Virus record (IMG/VR): IMGVR_UViG_3300037478_000109
Coordinates: 1 to 47,958 of that record
Length of the DNA stretch: 47,958 nt
Origin: a virus
Lineage: Duplodnaviria; Caudoviricetes
Direction: 5' to 3' (one strand)
The position numbers were made by a program, and so were the translations under genes. Within the stretch, counting starts at the first letter, position 1. Each line of letters starts with the position of its first letter. Below, piece by piece: positions 6,937 through 16,974 of this stretch. The notes under the pieces are model-generated. The model was not told where the DNA came from and ran no database searches. It saw nothing but the letters and a program-made list of their open reading frames with translations.

Positions 6937-7205
6937 AGAACCTTATCCGCCGCGTCCTGGTCCGCTACCGCCGCGCGCTCGACCGGATCGTCATCCGGTA
7001 CGCCCGGACCCGGGGCTGGGTGATCTCCAGCGAGACCCAGCTTGACCTCGTGCTCATGTACCTGCGGGGCGAGTACGACCGTCTGACCCGTCAGGGCGGG
7101 GGCTCCGCGTCCAGGCTGCGCCGCCCCCGTCACACCCTCAAGAGGACCGTGCGCCGGCTGCACGACAACCTCGCCGCCCTTCGCCGAGGTAAGTCCGATG
7201 CGTGA
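6933..7205 (+). CDS. Basic hypothetical protein
   Basis: GAGG RBS; ATGA-coupled start (MKNLIRR). Confidence 0.65.
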   Translation: MKNLIRRVLVRYRRALDRIVIRYARTRGWVISSETQLDLVLMYLRGEYDRLTRQGGGSASRLRRPRHTLKRTVRRLHDNLAALRRGKSDA

Positions 7206-7647
7206 CTTCAAGAGCTTTCGTGGCTACGCCTCCGACTCCGCTCTACTCCATGGGTTGTCAGACACCAAATGCCGGTATATTCGGCCTGCGCCCAACATAG
7301 CGGTGCCCAACCTCGTGGAGGTGGTGCCGCTCCCACCACTCGCCCCGGACGCCCCGCCCGTGGGGGCAGAGATCAGTATCACACTCCCCCACCCGAAAAC
7401 GGCCCTCACGGGGCGAGTGGTCGGCCCCGTGGTGTTGCTCGACGGGGTGTGGCGTATCCCCGCCGCCCGGCTGATGCATGGTAGCTGGCGCCCCGTCTTC
7501 CCGCGACTGAGTAACGTTGAGTGGGGAGACAGCGAGCGGTCCTATAAGGTCACGCTCAAGGGCTCGGAGAAGGACGCCGAGCACCTCCGCAAGCTACTCG
7601 CGGGGCACGGCCTGACGGTCAACGTTGAGGAGGTGTCCAGTGCGTGA
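7198..7647 (+). CDS. Hypothetical protein
   Basis: GAGG RBS; overlaps both neighbours by 8 nt. Confidence 0.65.
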   Translation: MRDFKSFRGYASDSALLHGLSDTKCRYIRPAPNIAVPNLVEVVPLPPLAPDAPPVGAEISITLPHPKTALTGRVVGPVVLLDGVWRIPAARLMHGSWRPVFPRLSNVEWGDSERSYKVTLKGSEKDAEHLRKLLAGHGLTVNVEEVSSA

Positions 7648-7960
7648 CGTCTTCGACTACATGGCGGGCGACCCCGAGGACCGGCTCGACGACGCCCGGT
7701 GGGACGACGAGCCGGAGGACGAGGACGAGATTTACGGGGAGGCGGGGGGCGGAGGTCACCCCCTGGCGAACGGCGCGCCCTGCCGGTGCAGCGTGTGCCG
7801 GGGTACCGCCCCACCTGGCCCCCCACTCTGCCGGAGCAAGAGCCCCCGGGGCGTCGCGTGCCAACGACTTGAGGGGCATGAGGGGTCTTGCTCCGCGTTC
7901 TGCGGCAGGGGCACGGAGGTGTTCGTCGAGTGGGACTACGAGCGGGCACCCGCTAAGTAG
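7640..7960 (+). CDS. Protein with acidic N-terminus and Cys/His-rich Zn-binding C-terminus
   Basis: GGAGG RBS, GTG 7640; CRCSVC and C...CQRLEGHEGSC motifs. Confidence 0.65.
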   Translation: MRDVFDYMAGDPEDRLDDARWDDEPEDEDEIYGEAGGGGHPLANGAPCRCSVCRGTAPPGPPLCRSKSPRGVACQRLEGHEGSCSAFCGRGTEVFVEWDYERAPAK

Positions 7961-8001
7961 TTCCCCGCCAGGGACATAGCCCGCAGGGGTACACCGAGGG
8001 G

Positions 8002-8029
8002 TTGACTTCACCCTGAAAGGTGTTACCTT
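8002..8029 (+). promoter_or_regulatory. Promoter TTGACT-N16-TACCTT with extended -10 TG
   Basis: Intergenic, at the head of the DNA-metabolism operon. Confidence 0.5.
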
Positions 8030-8125
8030 TGCGGGCTTTGCCTTTGGCACTGGGAAACCACCTGTTCTCTGGAGATAACCCGTGATCCGATACCGTGAGC
8101 GTCTCAAGAGTGGTGGGTCCTGGTA

Positions 8126-10021
8126 GTGGCGGGTGGGATGTACGACCACGAGGAGATTACACATCTCCGCGCGGCGGGGTGGTCCTGGAGCGACATCGCC
8201 GAGACGTGCGTCTGTCCGCCCGGCACCACCGCGAAACAGCTCCGCCAGGCACACAGCCGGTGGCTGAAGCGTCAGAAGATCAACGAGGCGGACCAGGAGG
8301 GGGACGCCGCGCGTAAGACCGGTAGCGCCGGCCGCGTGCCCGGTTCGACTCCGGGGGCCTGGTCCCCCCGCCCCGCGATCCTGGACGAGCTGCAAGGGTT
8401 CGTCCACCCGTCGCCGTTCGCTGTCACTTACCCCCATATCGCACCGCCGACGTCGAACGACGTCATCACGTCCGTCATCTACGGCGACACGCACGGCCAG
8501 TACATCGACCCCGAGGCCGAGGCGGTCCTCCTCTCCGTGCTCTTGGACGCGCAGCCCGACATCGTGGTCCACGTCGGGGACGCGGTGGACTGCCCCACCC
8601 CGGACATGCGGGTGCTCACTTATGACCTACAGTGGGTCCCAGCCGGGGACTTACAGGTGGGGGATGAGATCATCGCTTTTGATGAGTACGGTGTGGGTCT
8701 TGATTCAGCCGGGCGGAAAAGCATACGTCGGCTGAGGCGCGCCACGGTGGATAAGGCGGTGCGGATACAACAGCCCGTGTACGCGCTTACGCTCGACGAC
8801 GGCCGGGTCGTGAAGTCTTCCGTTGGACACCGTTGGTTGGGGTGGAAGTCGAACAAGAATCGCGCCGTAAGCTGCTGGCTCACAACGCAAGAGATCGCGG
8901 ATCGTGTCGCAGAGGGGCGTCCGGTGCTACTCCACAGTCCCACACGGCCCTGGGAGACCCGTCAGGAGACGTACGCCGACGGGCTTATTCGCGCCGCGTT
9001 CGACGGGGAAGGCTGTATCACATTCCACAAACGCGCGAACAACTTCGGCCACCTGTCTTTCTCACAACGTCTCGGGCCGTTTATGGACGAGGTCGAGGAT
9101 GCCGTCGGGTCGGCCGGGTTTCAGACCAGCCGCAACGTGGTCCCCGGGCGCTCGGCGCAGGTGCTCCAAGTCCTCGGTGGTATGTGGGATTACGCGCGGT
9201 TCATCGGCACGTACCGGCCCGTGCGCTTCATCGATAAATGGATTGAGCGCGCGCCCGTGGACGGGTACACCCTGACTGGGGTGGCGCGGGCCCGCGTCGT
9301 AGCCGCGACGTACTTGGGTTCCCAGGAGGTCGTAGCGATGGAGACCTCCGCGGGGACGCTCTTCGTAGAGGGCGTGTCCAGCCACAACTGCTACACCCTG
9401 AGCGCGTTCGATAAGGACCCGCTCCGCAAAGAGAGCTTGCAGGACGAGATCGACTATGCGCGGGCACACCTGGCCCGGGTCCGGGCCGCCGTACCCGACG
9501 CCCATTTCCGTCTGTTGGAAGGTAACCACGAGGACCGGCTCCGCCGCACCCTATGGCGGGCGGATGGCCCTGCGCGGGAAGTGCTCAAGCTGCGGGAGGT
9601 CCGCAACGTTATCACCTGGCCCACGCTCCTCCAGCTCGACGACCTGGGCATCGAGTTCGTCTCGGTCTTCGATCAGCCCGTCCCGGACCTCCTGCCCAAG
9701 TTCATTCTGAAGCACGGGAACGTCGTGCGGAAGTGGTCCGGCTGGAGCGCGAAGGGGGAGTGGGAGCGGTACGGGAAGTCCGGCGCGAGCGGCCACGTCC
9801 ACCGGCTCGGGATGTTCTTCCACCGCGACTGGAACGGGAACCACGTCTGGGCCGAGACCGGCTGTCTGTGCCAGCTCGACCCGGACTACGTCCGCGATCC
9901 TGATTGGCAGAACGGTTTTGTGGTCGCGTCGTTTGAACGCAGTACCGGCGCATTTCAAGTTGAGCCAGTCTACATCCACCGGGGCAGCGCCGTCTGGCGA
10001 GGGAAAGTCTACCGCGCCTAA
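8126..10021 (+). CDS. Calcineurin-like metallophosphoesterase with N-terminal HTH-like segment, interrupted by an intein
   Basis: Motifs GDTH, GDAVD, GNHE, KHG and GHVH; N-terminal LRAAGWSWSDIAE. Confidence 0.88.
   Translation: MAGGMYDHEEITHLRAAGWSWSDIAETCVCPPGTTAKQLRQAHSRWLKRQKINEADQEGDAARKTGSAGRVPGSTPGAWSPRPAILDELQGFVHPSPFAVTYPHIAPPTSNDVITSVIYGDTHGQYIDPEAEAVLLSVLLDAQPDIVVHVGDAVDCPTPDMRVLTYDLQWVPAGDLQVGDEIIAFDEYGVGLDSAGRKSIRRLRRATVDKAVRIQQPVYALTLDDGRVVKSSVGHRWLGWKSNKNRAVSCWLTTQEIADRVAEGRPVLLHSPTRPWETRQETYADGLIRAAFDGEGCITFHKRANNFGHLSFSQRLGPFMDEVEDAVGSAGFQTSRNVVPGRSAQVLQVLGGMWDYARFIGTYRPVRFIDKWIERAPVDGYTLTGVARARVVAATYLGSQEVVAMETSAGTLFVEGVSSHNCYTLSAFDKDPLRKESLQDEIDYARAHLARVRAAVPDAHFRLLEGNHEDRLRRTLWRADGPAREVLKLREVRNVITWPTLLQLDDLGIEFVSVFDQPVPDLLPKFILKHGNVVRKWSGWSAKGEWERYGKSGASGHVHRLGMFFHRDWNGNHVWAETGCLCQLDPDYVRDPDWQNGFVVASFERSTGAFQVEPVYIHRGSAVWRGKVYRA
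8591..9388 (+). mobile_element. Intein (266 aa) with LAGLIDADG-type homing endonuclease
   Basis: Starts CPTPDMRVLTYDLQWVPAGDLQVGD, block B SSVGHRWL, GLIRAAFDGEGCI, ends FVEGVSSHN before a +1 Cys. Removal restores GDAVD-CYTLSAFDKDP. More A/T-ending codons than the exteins. Confidence 0.92.
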
Positions 10022-10059
10022 CCCGCAGTTCACCACCACTCTACTGGGAGCCCACACCC

Positions 10060-10317
10060 ATGAAAATCAATTTCGTAGCTGGACCTCAGCCCGAGGCCGA
10101 GGAAGAGCGCACGATCGAGCTGCGCCTGGAGTACCACCGCGACTTCGGCGTCGGCGTCCGCATGTACGAGCACGGCCGGACCGTCGCCGACGGCTGGGTC
10201 GTCACCTTCGGTCAGGACGCCGAGGGCAAGCTCACTCTGAGGCCCACCCGGTGGGTGAACACGGGCCTCGTCGCGATAGATGACGGGGGCTCAATCGTCA
10301 TCACGGAGCGGATCTGA
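10060..10317 (+). CDS. Hypothetical protein
   Basis: GGGAG RBS; strong GC3 bias. Confidence 0.7.
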   Translation: MKINFVAGPQPEAEEERTIELRLEYHRDFGVGVRMYEHGRTVADGWVVTFGQDAEGKLTLRPTRWVNTGLVAIDDGGSIVITERI

Positions 10318-10823
10318 TGGACACCGTCACCTACCACTTCCGGGACAGGCACACCGGCCGCCCGTCCGCCGCCGTCGAGGGGACCTTCCGCTCGGTCGAG
10401 GCGGCCCTGACCGCGCTGTACCGCGCCGCCGCGGACTGGGCGACGGCGATCACGCAGCGGTCCTACCACAGCGACCCCGTAGCCCGGGTCGACAGGCCGG
10501 AGCACCTCGCCCACGGCCTCCAACTGGTCCGGCGCACGGAGCGCACGGAGGAGCGGCGCGGGCCAGTCCGCTTCCAGATCCTGGTGACGTGGTGCGGCGA
10601 CGAGGTCCCGCTGGGGACTAAGCGGACTAGGTTCGGGATGCTCTCTGGCTACAATGGCCAAACCGCTTCGTTCGACACCGCGGAGGAGGCGTGGCAGACG
10701 TTCTTCGGAGCGATGCTGGGCCTGGACGAGGATATGCGCCGAGGCTACGGCCCCGCCCGCGTCATCAAGGTCCCGGGCGAGACCACCACGGAGACCGAGG
10801 TCACGGAAGAGGTGGTCTCCTGA
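10317..10823 (+). CDS. Hypothetical protein
   Basis: TGATG coupling; GGAG RBS. Confidence 0.7.
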   Translation: MDTVTYHFRDRHTGRPSAAVEGTFRSVEAALTALYRAAADWATAITQRSYHSDPVARVDRPEHLAHGLQLVRRTERTEERRGPVRFQILVTWCGDEVPLGTKRTRFGMLSGYNGQTASFDTAEEAWQTFFGAMLGLDEDMRRGYGPARVIKVPGETTTETEVTEEVVS

Positions 10824-11149
10824 GCGTGCGGACGGTCACGGTCACAGTGGGGCGCGTCGTCGCGCCGCTCCTCCAGGACCTGTCGAACCGGGCCTGGGGC
10901 GACGGCAACATGGACCTGTACCTGGCCGTCCGCATGGTTCTTCACTGCCTACAGCGGCCGGGGGACCACGCACTGGTCGAAATGACCGCCCCGCTCGCGG
11001 ACAAGCTGCGCCTTGCTCTGCCGGAGACCGACCCGCTTGCGCGCCAGATCGCCACCCTACTGACGGAAGAGGAGGAAGCTAATGCGGTCCGAGGATCTGA
11101 ACGACGAGATCGACCGTCGGTACGGCACGCCCGCAGGTTTTTGGCGTGA
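10820..11149 (+). CDS. Hypothetical protein (probable CTG start, or GTG at 10826)
   Basis: CTGA overlap after a GAGGTGG RBS; fills the gap between neighbours. Confidence 0.55.
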   Translation: MSVRTVTVTVGRVVAPLLQDLSNRAWGDGNMDLYLAVRMVLHCLQRPGDHALVEMTAPLADKLRLALPETDPLARQIATLLTEEEEANAVRGSERRDRPSVRHARRFLA

Positions 11150-11318
11150 GGTCAAGGCCCGGCTCTGGGACGCCGGGATCTCACAGACGGCGCTCGCGAA
11201 CGAGGCCGGCTACAACCTGGGCAACATGAACCGGTGGCTCAACGGGCGGAAGCTCGCCTCGCTCCGGGTCATGCTCGCCGTAGACGAGGCGCTTGAGCGC
11301 CTACTGGAGGACCGATGA
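11082..11318 (+). CDS. XRE/Cro-family HTH regulator
   Basis: AGISQTALANEAGYNLGNMNRWLNG HTH; GAGGAGG RBS. Confidence 0.85.
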   Translation: MRSEDLNDEIDRRYGTPAGFWREVKARLWDAGISQTALANEAGYNLGNMNRWLNGRKLASLRVMLAVDEALERLLEDR

Positions 11319-11647
11319 AGCCCTCCTCCGCCAAGGCGAAGGGCCGCCGCCTCCAGAACGAGGTGGCCGCCGCCTTCCTGCGTCTGTCCCCGGATCTAAG
11401 GCCGGGGGACGTACGCCCCGCGATCATGGGCGAGAGCGGGACGGACATCAAGCTCTCCCCGCTCGCGGAGCGGCTGATCCCGTTCGACACCGAGTGCAAA
11501 TATCAGGAGCGCTTGAACATCTGGGCCGCGCTCGCACAGACCACTGCCAATGCCCGGCCGGGGCGTACCCCGCTCCTCGTGTTCCGCCGCAACTGGAGCG
11601 AGACGTACGCGACGCTCCCGCTGGACGACCTGTTGGGCCTGCTCTGA
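11315..11647 (+). CDS. PD-(D/E)xK Holliday junction resolvase-like nuclease
   Basis: SAKAKGRRLQ...MGESGTDI...ECKYQE...PLLVFRRN. Confidence 0.8.
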   Translation: MKPSSAKAKGRRLQNEVAAAFLRLSPDLRPGDVRPAIMGESGTDIKLSPLAERLIPFDTECKYQERLNIWAALAQTTANARPGRTPLLVFRRNWSETYATLPLDDLLGLL

Positions 11648-12891
11648 TGCGGCTCTACCCGTACCAGGACGAGGGTGTCAAGCGTCTGGGTGCTATTCTC
11701 GCCCTACACCGCCGCGCCTACCTGGCGGACGCCATGGGTCTCGGGAAGACGGCTCAGGCGATCGTGGCGCTCTCCTACTACGACGCCCGCCGCGTCCTCG
11801 CGATCACCCCGGCCTCGGCCAGGGAGAACTGGTACCGGGAGTGGAAGACCTGGGGACCGGGCGGGGGCGGGTTCGCTGCGGTCTCCTACGCCGCGACTGA
11901 CCTTCGCCGCGGGCGTATTCACGGCGGGGACTGGGACGCGGTGATCCTCGACGAGGCGCACTATGCCAAGTCCATGCGGGCGAAGCGCACCCGGGCCGCG
12001 CTGACCGTGGCCCGGGACGCGCCGCGCGCGCTCCTACTGTCCGGCACCCCGATGCCGAACCACCCCGGGGAGCTGTACGCCCCGTTCAAGTACCTCTGGC
12101 CCGAGATGCTCCGGCCCCAGTTCCGCACCCAGACCCGGTGGCTCAACTACTTCTGCCAGTATGTGAATACGCGCTACGGCCCGAAGATCATTGGCGTGAA
12201 GAACGGCGCCGTGCTCCGGCGGATGCTGAACCGGGTCATGGTCCGGCGCAAACTGGAGGACGTGGCGCTCGACCTACCGCCGCTCCGGGTCACGCTGCAC
12301 ACGTTGCCGAAGGACGCCGGGTTCGAGCGCGCCCTCCGGGAGGCGGGGATAGACGCGGACAAGCTGCGGGTTGCCCTGGAGAATGAGAGATCGGCTGACG
12401 ACCCAAGTACGTCCCGGGCCCGGCGCCTCCTTGGCGAGTACAAGGCGCCCCGGATCGGGGAGATCATCGCCGCGGAGCTGGACGACGGGGCGTACCAGAA
12501 GATCGTCGTGCTCTACTACCACCGGGCGGTGGGCGAGACGCTCCGCAAGGCGTTCGCCCCGTTCGGCGTGGTCGGGTTCGACGGGCAGACGCCGTCCGGC
12601 CTCCGCCAGGCGGCCGTGGACAACTTCACGAACGACCCCCGGTGCCGGGTGTTCCTGGCGCAACAGACGTCGGCGGGTGAGGCAATCAACCTCCAGGCCG
12701 CGAGCGAGATCGTCCTGGTGGAGCCGGCCTGGAGCCCGGACGCGAACCGTCAGGCAGTGAAACGTGTGCACCGGATTGGCTCCAAGCACCCGGTACGCGC
12801 CCGCATCTTTGGCGTTGCGGGCACGATCGACGCGGCGGTCATGGGCACGATTGCCCAGAAGGTCGGGCATCAGAAGGAGGTGGGACTATGA
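11647..12891 (+). CDS. SNF2/HARP-like SF2 helicase
   Basis: True start ATG 11647 (MRLYPYQ); ADAMGLGKT, DEAH, LSGTP, GEAINLQ, QAVKRVHRIG. Confidence 0.92.
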   Translation: MRLYPYQDEGVKRLGAILALHRRAYLADAMGLGKTAQAIVALSYYDARRVLAITPASARENWYREWKTWGPGGGGFAAVSYAATDLRRGRIHGGDWDAVILDEAHYAKSMRAKRTRAALTVARDAPRALLLSGTPMPNHPGELYAPFKYLWPEMLRPQFRTQTRWLNYFCQYVNTRYGPKIIGVKNGAVLRRMLNRVMVRRKLEDVALDLPPLRVTLHTLPKDAGFERALREAGIDADKLRVALENERSADDPSTSRARRLLGEYKAPRIGEIIAAELDDGAYQKIVVLYYHRAVGETLRKAFAPFGVVGFDGQTPSGLRQAAVDNFTNDPRCRVFLAQQTSAGEAINLQAASEIVLVEPAWSPDANRQAVKRVHRIGSKHPVRARIFGVAGTIDAAVMGTIAQKVGHQKEVGL

Positions 12892-13334
12892 GGGGTTGTG
12901 AGGTCCCACGCTGCGACAAGCTGCACTTGGCAAAGGGACTGTGCGCCCGCCACTACAAACGCTGGCGGCGCCACGGGCACCCCGGGGGCGGTCGTGCGGA
13001 CACACCGCGTGCGACCACAAGCCCCACGACCGCGGAGTTGCATTGGGCCGCGGGGTTTCTTGAGGGTGACGGGTTCTTCGGTGGTCGTTTCGGTAACCAC
13101 GAAGGCGGCGCCGGGCAAGGAGTGACTGCGACGCAATGTTACAAAGATCCTCTTTTCCGCTTGCAACGTTTATTCGGCGGCACGATAGGGGAACAGACGC
13201 GCCGCAACCCTGGCGCTAACCACAACCGAGCCTGGGTCTGGCGTGTGTACGGCGCCCGTGCTCGGGGCGTCATGATGACGCTGTACCCTATGCTCTCACC
13301 ACGGCGGCAGAAACAAGTAAGGGAGGCACTCTGA
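12888..13334 (+). CDS. Free-standing single-motif LAGLIDADG endonuclease with N-terminal Zn finger
   Basis: CEVPRC...GLCARHY finger; WAAGFLEGDG motif; LQRLFGG...WVWRV; atypical codon usage. Confidence 0.8.
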   Translation: MRGCEVPRCDKLHLAKGLCARHYKRWRRHGHPGGGRADTPRATTSPTTAELHWAAGFLEGDGFFGGRFGNHEGGAGQGVTATQCYKDPLFRLQRLFGGTIGEQTRRNPGANHNRAWVWRVYGARARGVMMTLYPMLSPRRQKQVREAL

Positions 13335-13567
13335 TGGACACGTACTCACAGATCAAGCAGCACGAGGCGCGGATCGCGGCGCTCGAAACGTCCGGCATCG
13401 TGGAGGACGAGTACCCCGGCGATGACCGGCTCACCGAACTGCGGTTCGACCTGGACCAGGCGCTCGACCGTCTGTCCGCAGTCGAGGCGCGTTGCGATAC
13501 CATCGCCGCGATCGTTGCAAACATGGAGCCGGGTCTACCCGGCGGCAATGAAGAGGAGTCAGAATGA
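13334..13567 (+). CDS. Coiled-coil hypothetical protein
   Basis: TGATG coupling; GGAGG RBS. Confidence 0.65.
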   Translation: MDTYSQIKQHEARIAALETSGIVEDEYPGDDRLTELRFDLDQALDRLSAVEARCDTIAAIVANMEPGLPGGNEEESE

Positions 13568-13815
13568 AGATCACAGTGAAGGGCAAGAGCCCGACCCCCG
13601 CGGTCCAGGCGAGGGGCTTGCCGCTGGGCACGGTGTACCGGGACTCTGAGAGTGACATCCTGCTCCGCGTAGACGGCGGGGCGCTGCTCCTAAGCTCGGC
13701 CAATGTGCAGGGTCTTCTCCCGAGCGGCTATGTCCACCAGGGGTGGGCGCTGGACCTCCAGGTGCAGGAGACGTACGAGATCGAGGAGATCATCCTCCGG
13801 CCGGCGACGCGGTGA
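13564..13815 (+). CDS. Hypothetical protein
   Basis: GAGGAG RBS; ATGA coupling. Confidence 0.65.
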   Translation: MKITVKGKSPTPAVQARGLPLGTVYRDSESDILLRVDGGALLLSSANVQGLLPSGYVHQGWALDLQVQETYEIEEIILRPATR

Positions 13816-14357
13816 AGTACTTCACCACACCGCCCACAGTGGCCGAGGTCGCGCGGGGCCTCAGTACCATCCCCCGCTGGACCGCCCGCACGATCCTGGA
13901 CCGGGTCGGCTACCGGTGGTCCGTGCTCCAGCACTCGCTCGTCTGTGGCGCTGTCGCGTCCTGGTCCGGGAACCCGGTGCTCCAGGCGTACGCGCTCCTG
14001 CACGACGCTGAGGAGATGCTCGTCAACGACACGCCGGCGCCGTACAAGACGGACGAACAGCGCGAGCTGGGTCGGGCCGTCCGGCGTGAGATCCTGGCGG
14101 GCCTCGGGCTCCCCAAGCCGAGCGACGGCGTGTGGGCCTCCGTCAAAGAGATCGACATGGCGGTCCAGGAGGCGGAGCGGTGGGTTCTCCTGTCGCCCGC
14201 GGAGTACGTGGGCCGCGCCACCCCGGACCTGGCCCTCGTCGGTGAGGTCTGGGGGCTCCTGGACCTGGACGTGCGGGCTGGGATCGAACTGTTCACGGAC
14301 CTCACGCAGTCGGTGCTGTCGGACCGGCGTGTGAAGTCCCTAGCGAGGATGGTCTGA
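13812..14357 (+). CDS. HD-domain phosphohydrolase (YfdR/YfbR-like deoxynucleotidase)
   Basis: GLSTIPRW...WSVLQHS...ALLHDAEE...NDTPAPYK...D; GTGA-coupled start. Confidence 0.82.
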   Translation: MKYFTTPPTVAEVARGLSTIPRWTARTILDRVGYRWSVLQHSLVCGAVASWSGNPVLQAYALLHDAEEMLVNDTPAPYKTDEQRELGRAVRREILAGLGLPKPSDGVWASVKEIDMAVQEAERWVLLSPAEYVGRATPDLALVGEVWGLLDLDVRAGIELFTDLTQSVLSDRRVKSLARMV

Positions 14358-14542
14358 TGGAAAGCGTATGGGTAGACGGTTTCGGCGTGATGTGGGCTTG
14401 GTACCCGGGTAGGTGGCACATCCACCTGTTCGCAGTACCGAAGCTCCTGGACTTTCATATCGAGATCACCCACGGGGAGGACGGTACAGTTCTCGTGCTG
14501 TCCCTGTTTGGGGTTGGGGTCTCGGGATACCGGGAGGTCTGA
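14357..14542 (+). CDS. Small aromatic-rich hypothetical protein
   Basis: TGATG coupling on both sides. Confidence 0.6.
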   Translation: MESVWVDGFGVMWAWYPGRWHIHLFAVPKLLDFHIEITHGEDGTVLVLSLFGVGVSGYREV

Positions 14543-15756
14543 TGCCCCCCACCACGCACGCGAAGCTCAGTCCGTCCAGCTCCAAGAGGTGGATGAACTG
14601 CCCCGGCTCGATTGCACTGTCCGAGGGCATCCCGGACTCCGCGTCCTTCTACTCGGCGGAGGGCACCGCCGCACATGAGCTGCTAGAGTGGGGCTTGGCG
14701 GAGGAGTACCACGACCTTCAGGACCAAGTCGGCGGGACCTGGAAGCATGACGGTTTTGAAGGCACGGTCAGTCAGGAGATGGTAGACGCGGTCCAGGTGG
14801 CCGTGGACTACATCCGGGGGCGGATCGCCGAGGCCGGGCCGAACGTCGAGGTCCATCTAGAACGCCGCGTGACCCTGGACCGACTGACCCCGCCCGACGG
14901 GCTCGACGGCGGGACGGTAGACATCACCATATGGTCCGGGCCCGAGCTGCGGGACCTGGAGGTGGCCGACTACAAGCACGGGGCGGGCGTCTACGTTGAA
15001 GTAGAGGGGAACACCCAAGCGCTATACTATACGCTAGGCGCGATTGCGACGGACGGCCGACGGCCGGACACCGTCCGTACCACCATCATCCAGCCCCGGC
15101 ACCACGCGGGCGACCCGGTCCGGTCGGCCGACTACACGTGGCAGGAGCTGGTCGAGTTCAAGTCCGACCTGTTCGCGGCGGCCGAGGACACGGCCACGCC
15201 TGGCGCGCCGCTCGTCGTGGGCGACTGGTGCCGGTTCTGCCCGGCGCACGCCCAGTGCCCGGCCCACGCGGAGCACGCGGTCCAGGTGGCACAGGTAGAG
15301 TTCGAGGACCTGACGGAACAGACCGCGCCTTCACTGCTCGCGGACCCCGCCCTCATGGACCCGGCGGCTCTGGGCGAGGTGCTCCAGGGCGCGCGGTTCG
15401 TGGAGGACTGGATCAAGGCCGTCCGGGCCCGGGTCCTGGAGATGATCGACCGGGGGGAGGACGTCCCCGGCTGGAAGCTGGTCCGGGGCACGGCGCACCG
15501 GAAGTGGGGCGACGAGGACGCCGCCGACCAGTACATGGCCCGCAAGGGGCTGAAGAAGGGACAGCGGTACAAGAGCACGCTGGTCTCCCCGGCCCAGGCC
15601 GAGAAGCATCTCAAGGCCGCCGGCCACAGGACGACGTACGTCCAGCGATTCATCGAGAAACCCGAGGGGGCCCCGAAGCTGGTCCCGGCGGGCGACAAAC
15701 GTCCCGCGCTCGCGGCGAGCGTGGACACCGACTTCGCAGATCTCACCGAGGAGTAG
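14542..15756 (+). CDS. DUF2800 Cas4-like exonuclease
   Basis: HAKLSPSSSKRWMNCPGS, AEGTAAH, GTVD, DYKHGAG, NTQALYY, WCRFCPAHAQC. Confidence 0.9.
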   Translation: MPPTTHAKLSPSSSKRWMNCPGSIALSEGIPDSASFYSAEGTAAHELLEWGLAEEYHDLQDQVGGTWKHDGFEGTVSQEMVDAVQVAVDYIRGRIAEAGPNVEVHLERRVTLDRLTPPDGLDGGTVDITIWSGPELRDLEVADYKHGAGVYVEVEGNTQALYYTLGAIATDGRRPDTVRTTIIQPRHHAGDPVRSADYTWQELVEFKSDLFAAAEDTATPGAPLVVGDWCRFCPAHAQCPAHAEHAVQVAQVEFEDLTEQTAPSLLADPALMDPAALGEVLQGARFVEDWIKAVRARVLEMIDRGEDVPGWKLVRGTAHRKWGDEDAADQYMARKGLKKGQRYKSTLVSPAQAEKHLKAAGHRTTYVQRFIEKPEGAPKLVPAGDKRPALAASVDTDFADLTEE

Positions 15757-15834
15757 CCACCTACCCGTAGGCCCTGGTAAGGCGCGCCCGTGAACCACCA
15801 GAACCACCGATAACCCCGCACTTAGGAGTAGAAC

Positions 15835-16509
<675 letters not shown>

Positions 16510-16555
16510 CTAGGCGTTCATCTTTTCGCGAACACGCTGCGGAAAGTGAACACCT

Positions 16556-16591
16556 GGGCCCGGGGGTGTCAAAGCCCCCGGGCCCCGTTTT
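16556..16591 (+). terminator. Rho-independent terminator after ssb
   Basis: GGGCCCGGGGG-TGTCAAAG-CCCCCGGGCCC (11-bp stem) followed by CGTTTT. Confidence 0.7.
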
Positions 16592-16614
16592 CCCCTCGAT
16601 CCGGGAGGTCCTCG

Positions 16615-16974
16615 GTGGAACAGGTATCACAACTTGACTGCGTGTTCTGGGACGCAGCGGTACAATCCGGCGGGTACGGGAACACCAGCCGGGGCCTCGC
16701 GCATCGTATTTCATACGAGGACGTCCACGGCCCGATCCCCGGCGGGTATGAAGTGGATCACCTCTGCCGCAACAAGCTTTGTGTCAATCCTGAACACCTT
16801 GAAGCGGTCACTCCCGCTGAGAACAAACGTCGAGCTGCGGCGGCCCGTCCACCACAGACGACGTTTCGGTGCGGTCACCCCTTCACGCCGGGTAACTGGT
16901 ACGTCTTAACTAATGGCAGTCGCTACTGCCGCGTGTGTCACCTCGCGCGGTGCCAGCGGGGGAGACGGCCGTGA
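16615..16974 (+). CDS. HNH endonuclease
   Basis: GYG...AHRISY...VDHLCRNKLCVNPEHLEAVTPAEN; C-terminal CGH...CRVC; GGGAGG RBS before GTG 16615. Confidence 0.88.
   Translation: MEQVSQLDCVFWDAAVQSGGYGNTSRGLAHRISYEDVHGPIPGGYEVDHLCRNKLCVNPEHLEAVTPAENKRRAAAARPPQTTFRCGHPFTPGNWYVLTNGSRYCRVCHLARCQRGRRP

Noticed and set aside
8082-8128. Amber read-through or recoding at the TAG of a 14-codon ORF before the phosphoesterase
   Set aside because: The downstream gene is in a different frame (TAG/GTG overlap), and TAG is a normal stop for many genes here.
11293-11646. Extended N-termini in the ORF track (11293, 13743, 14413, 21611, 35806, 36634, 38440)
   Set aside because: They overlap real upstream genes; RBS and stop-start coupling support the shorter starts given.
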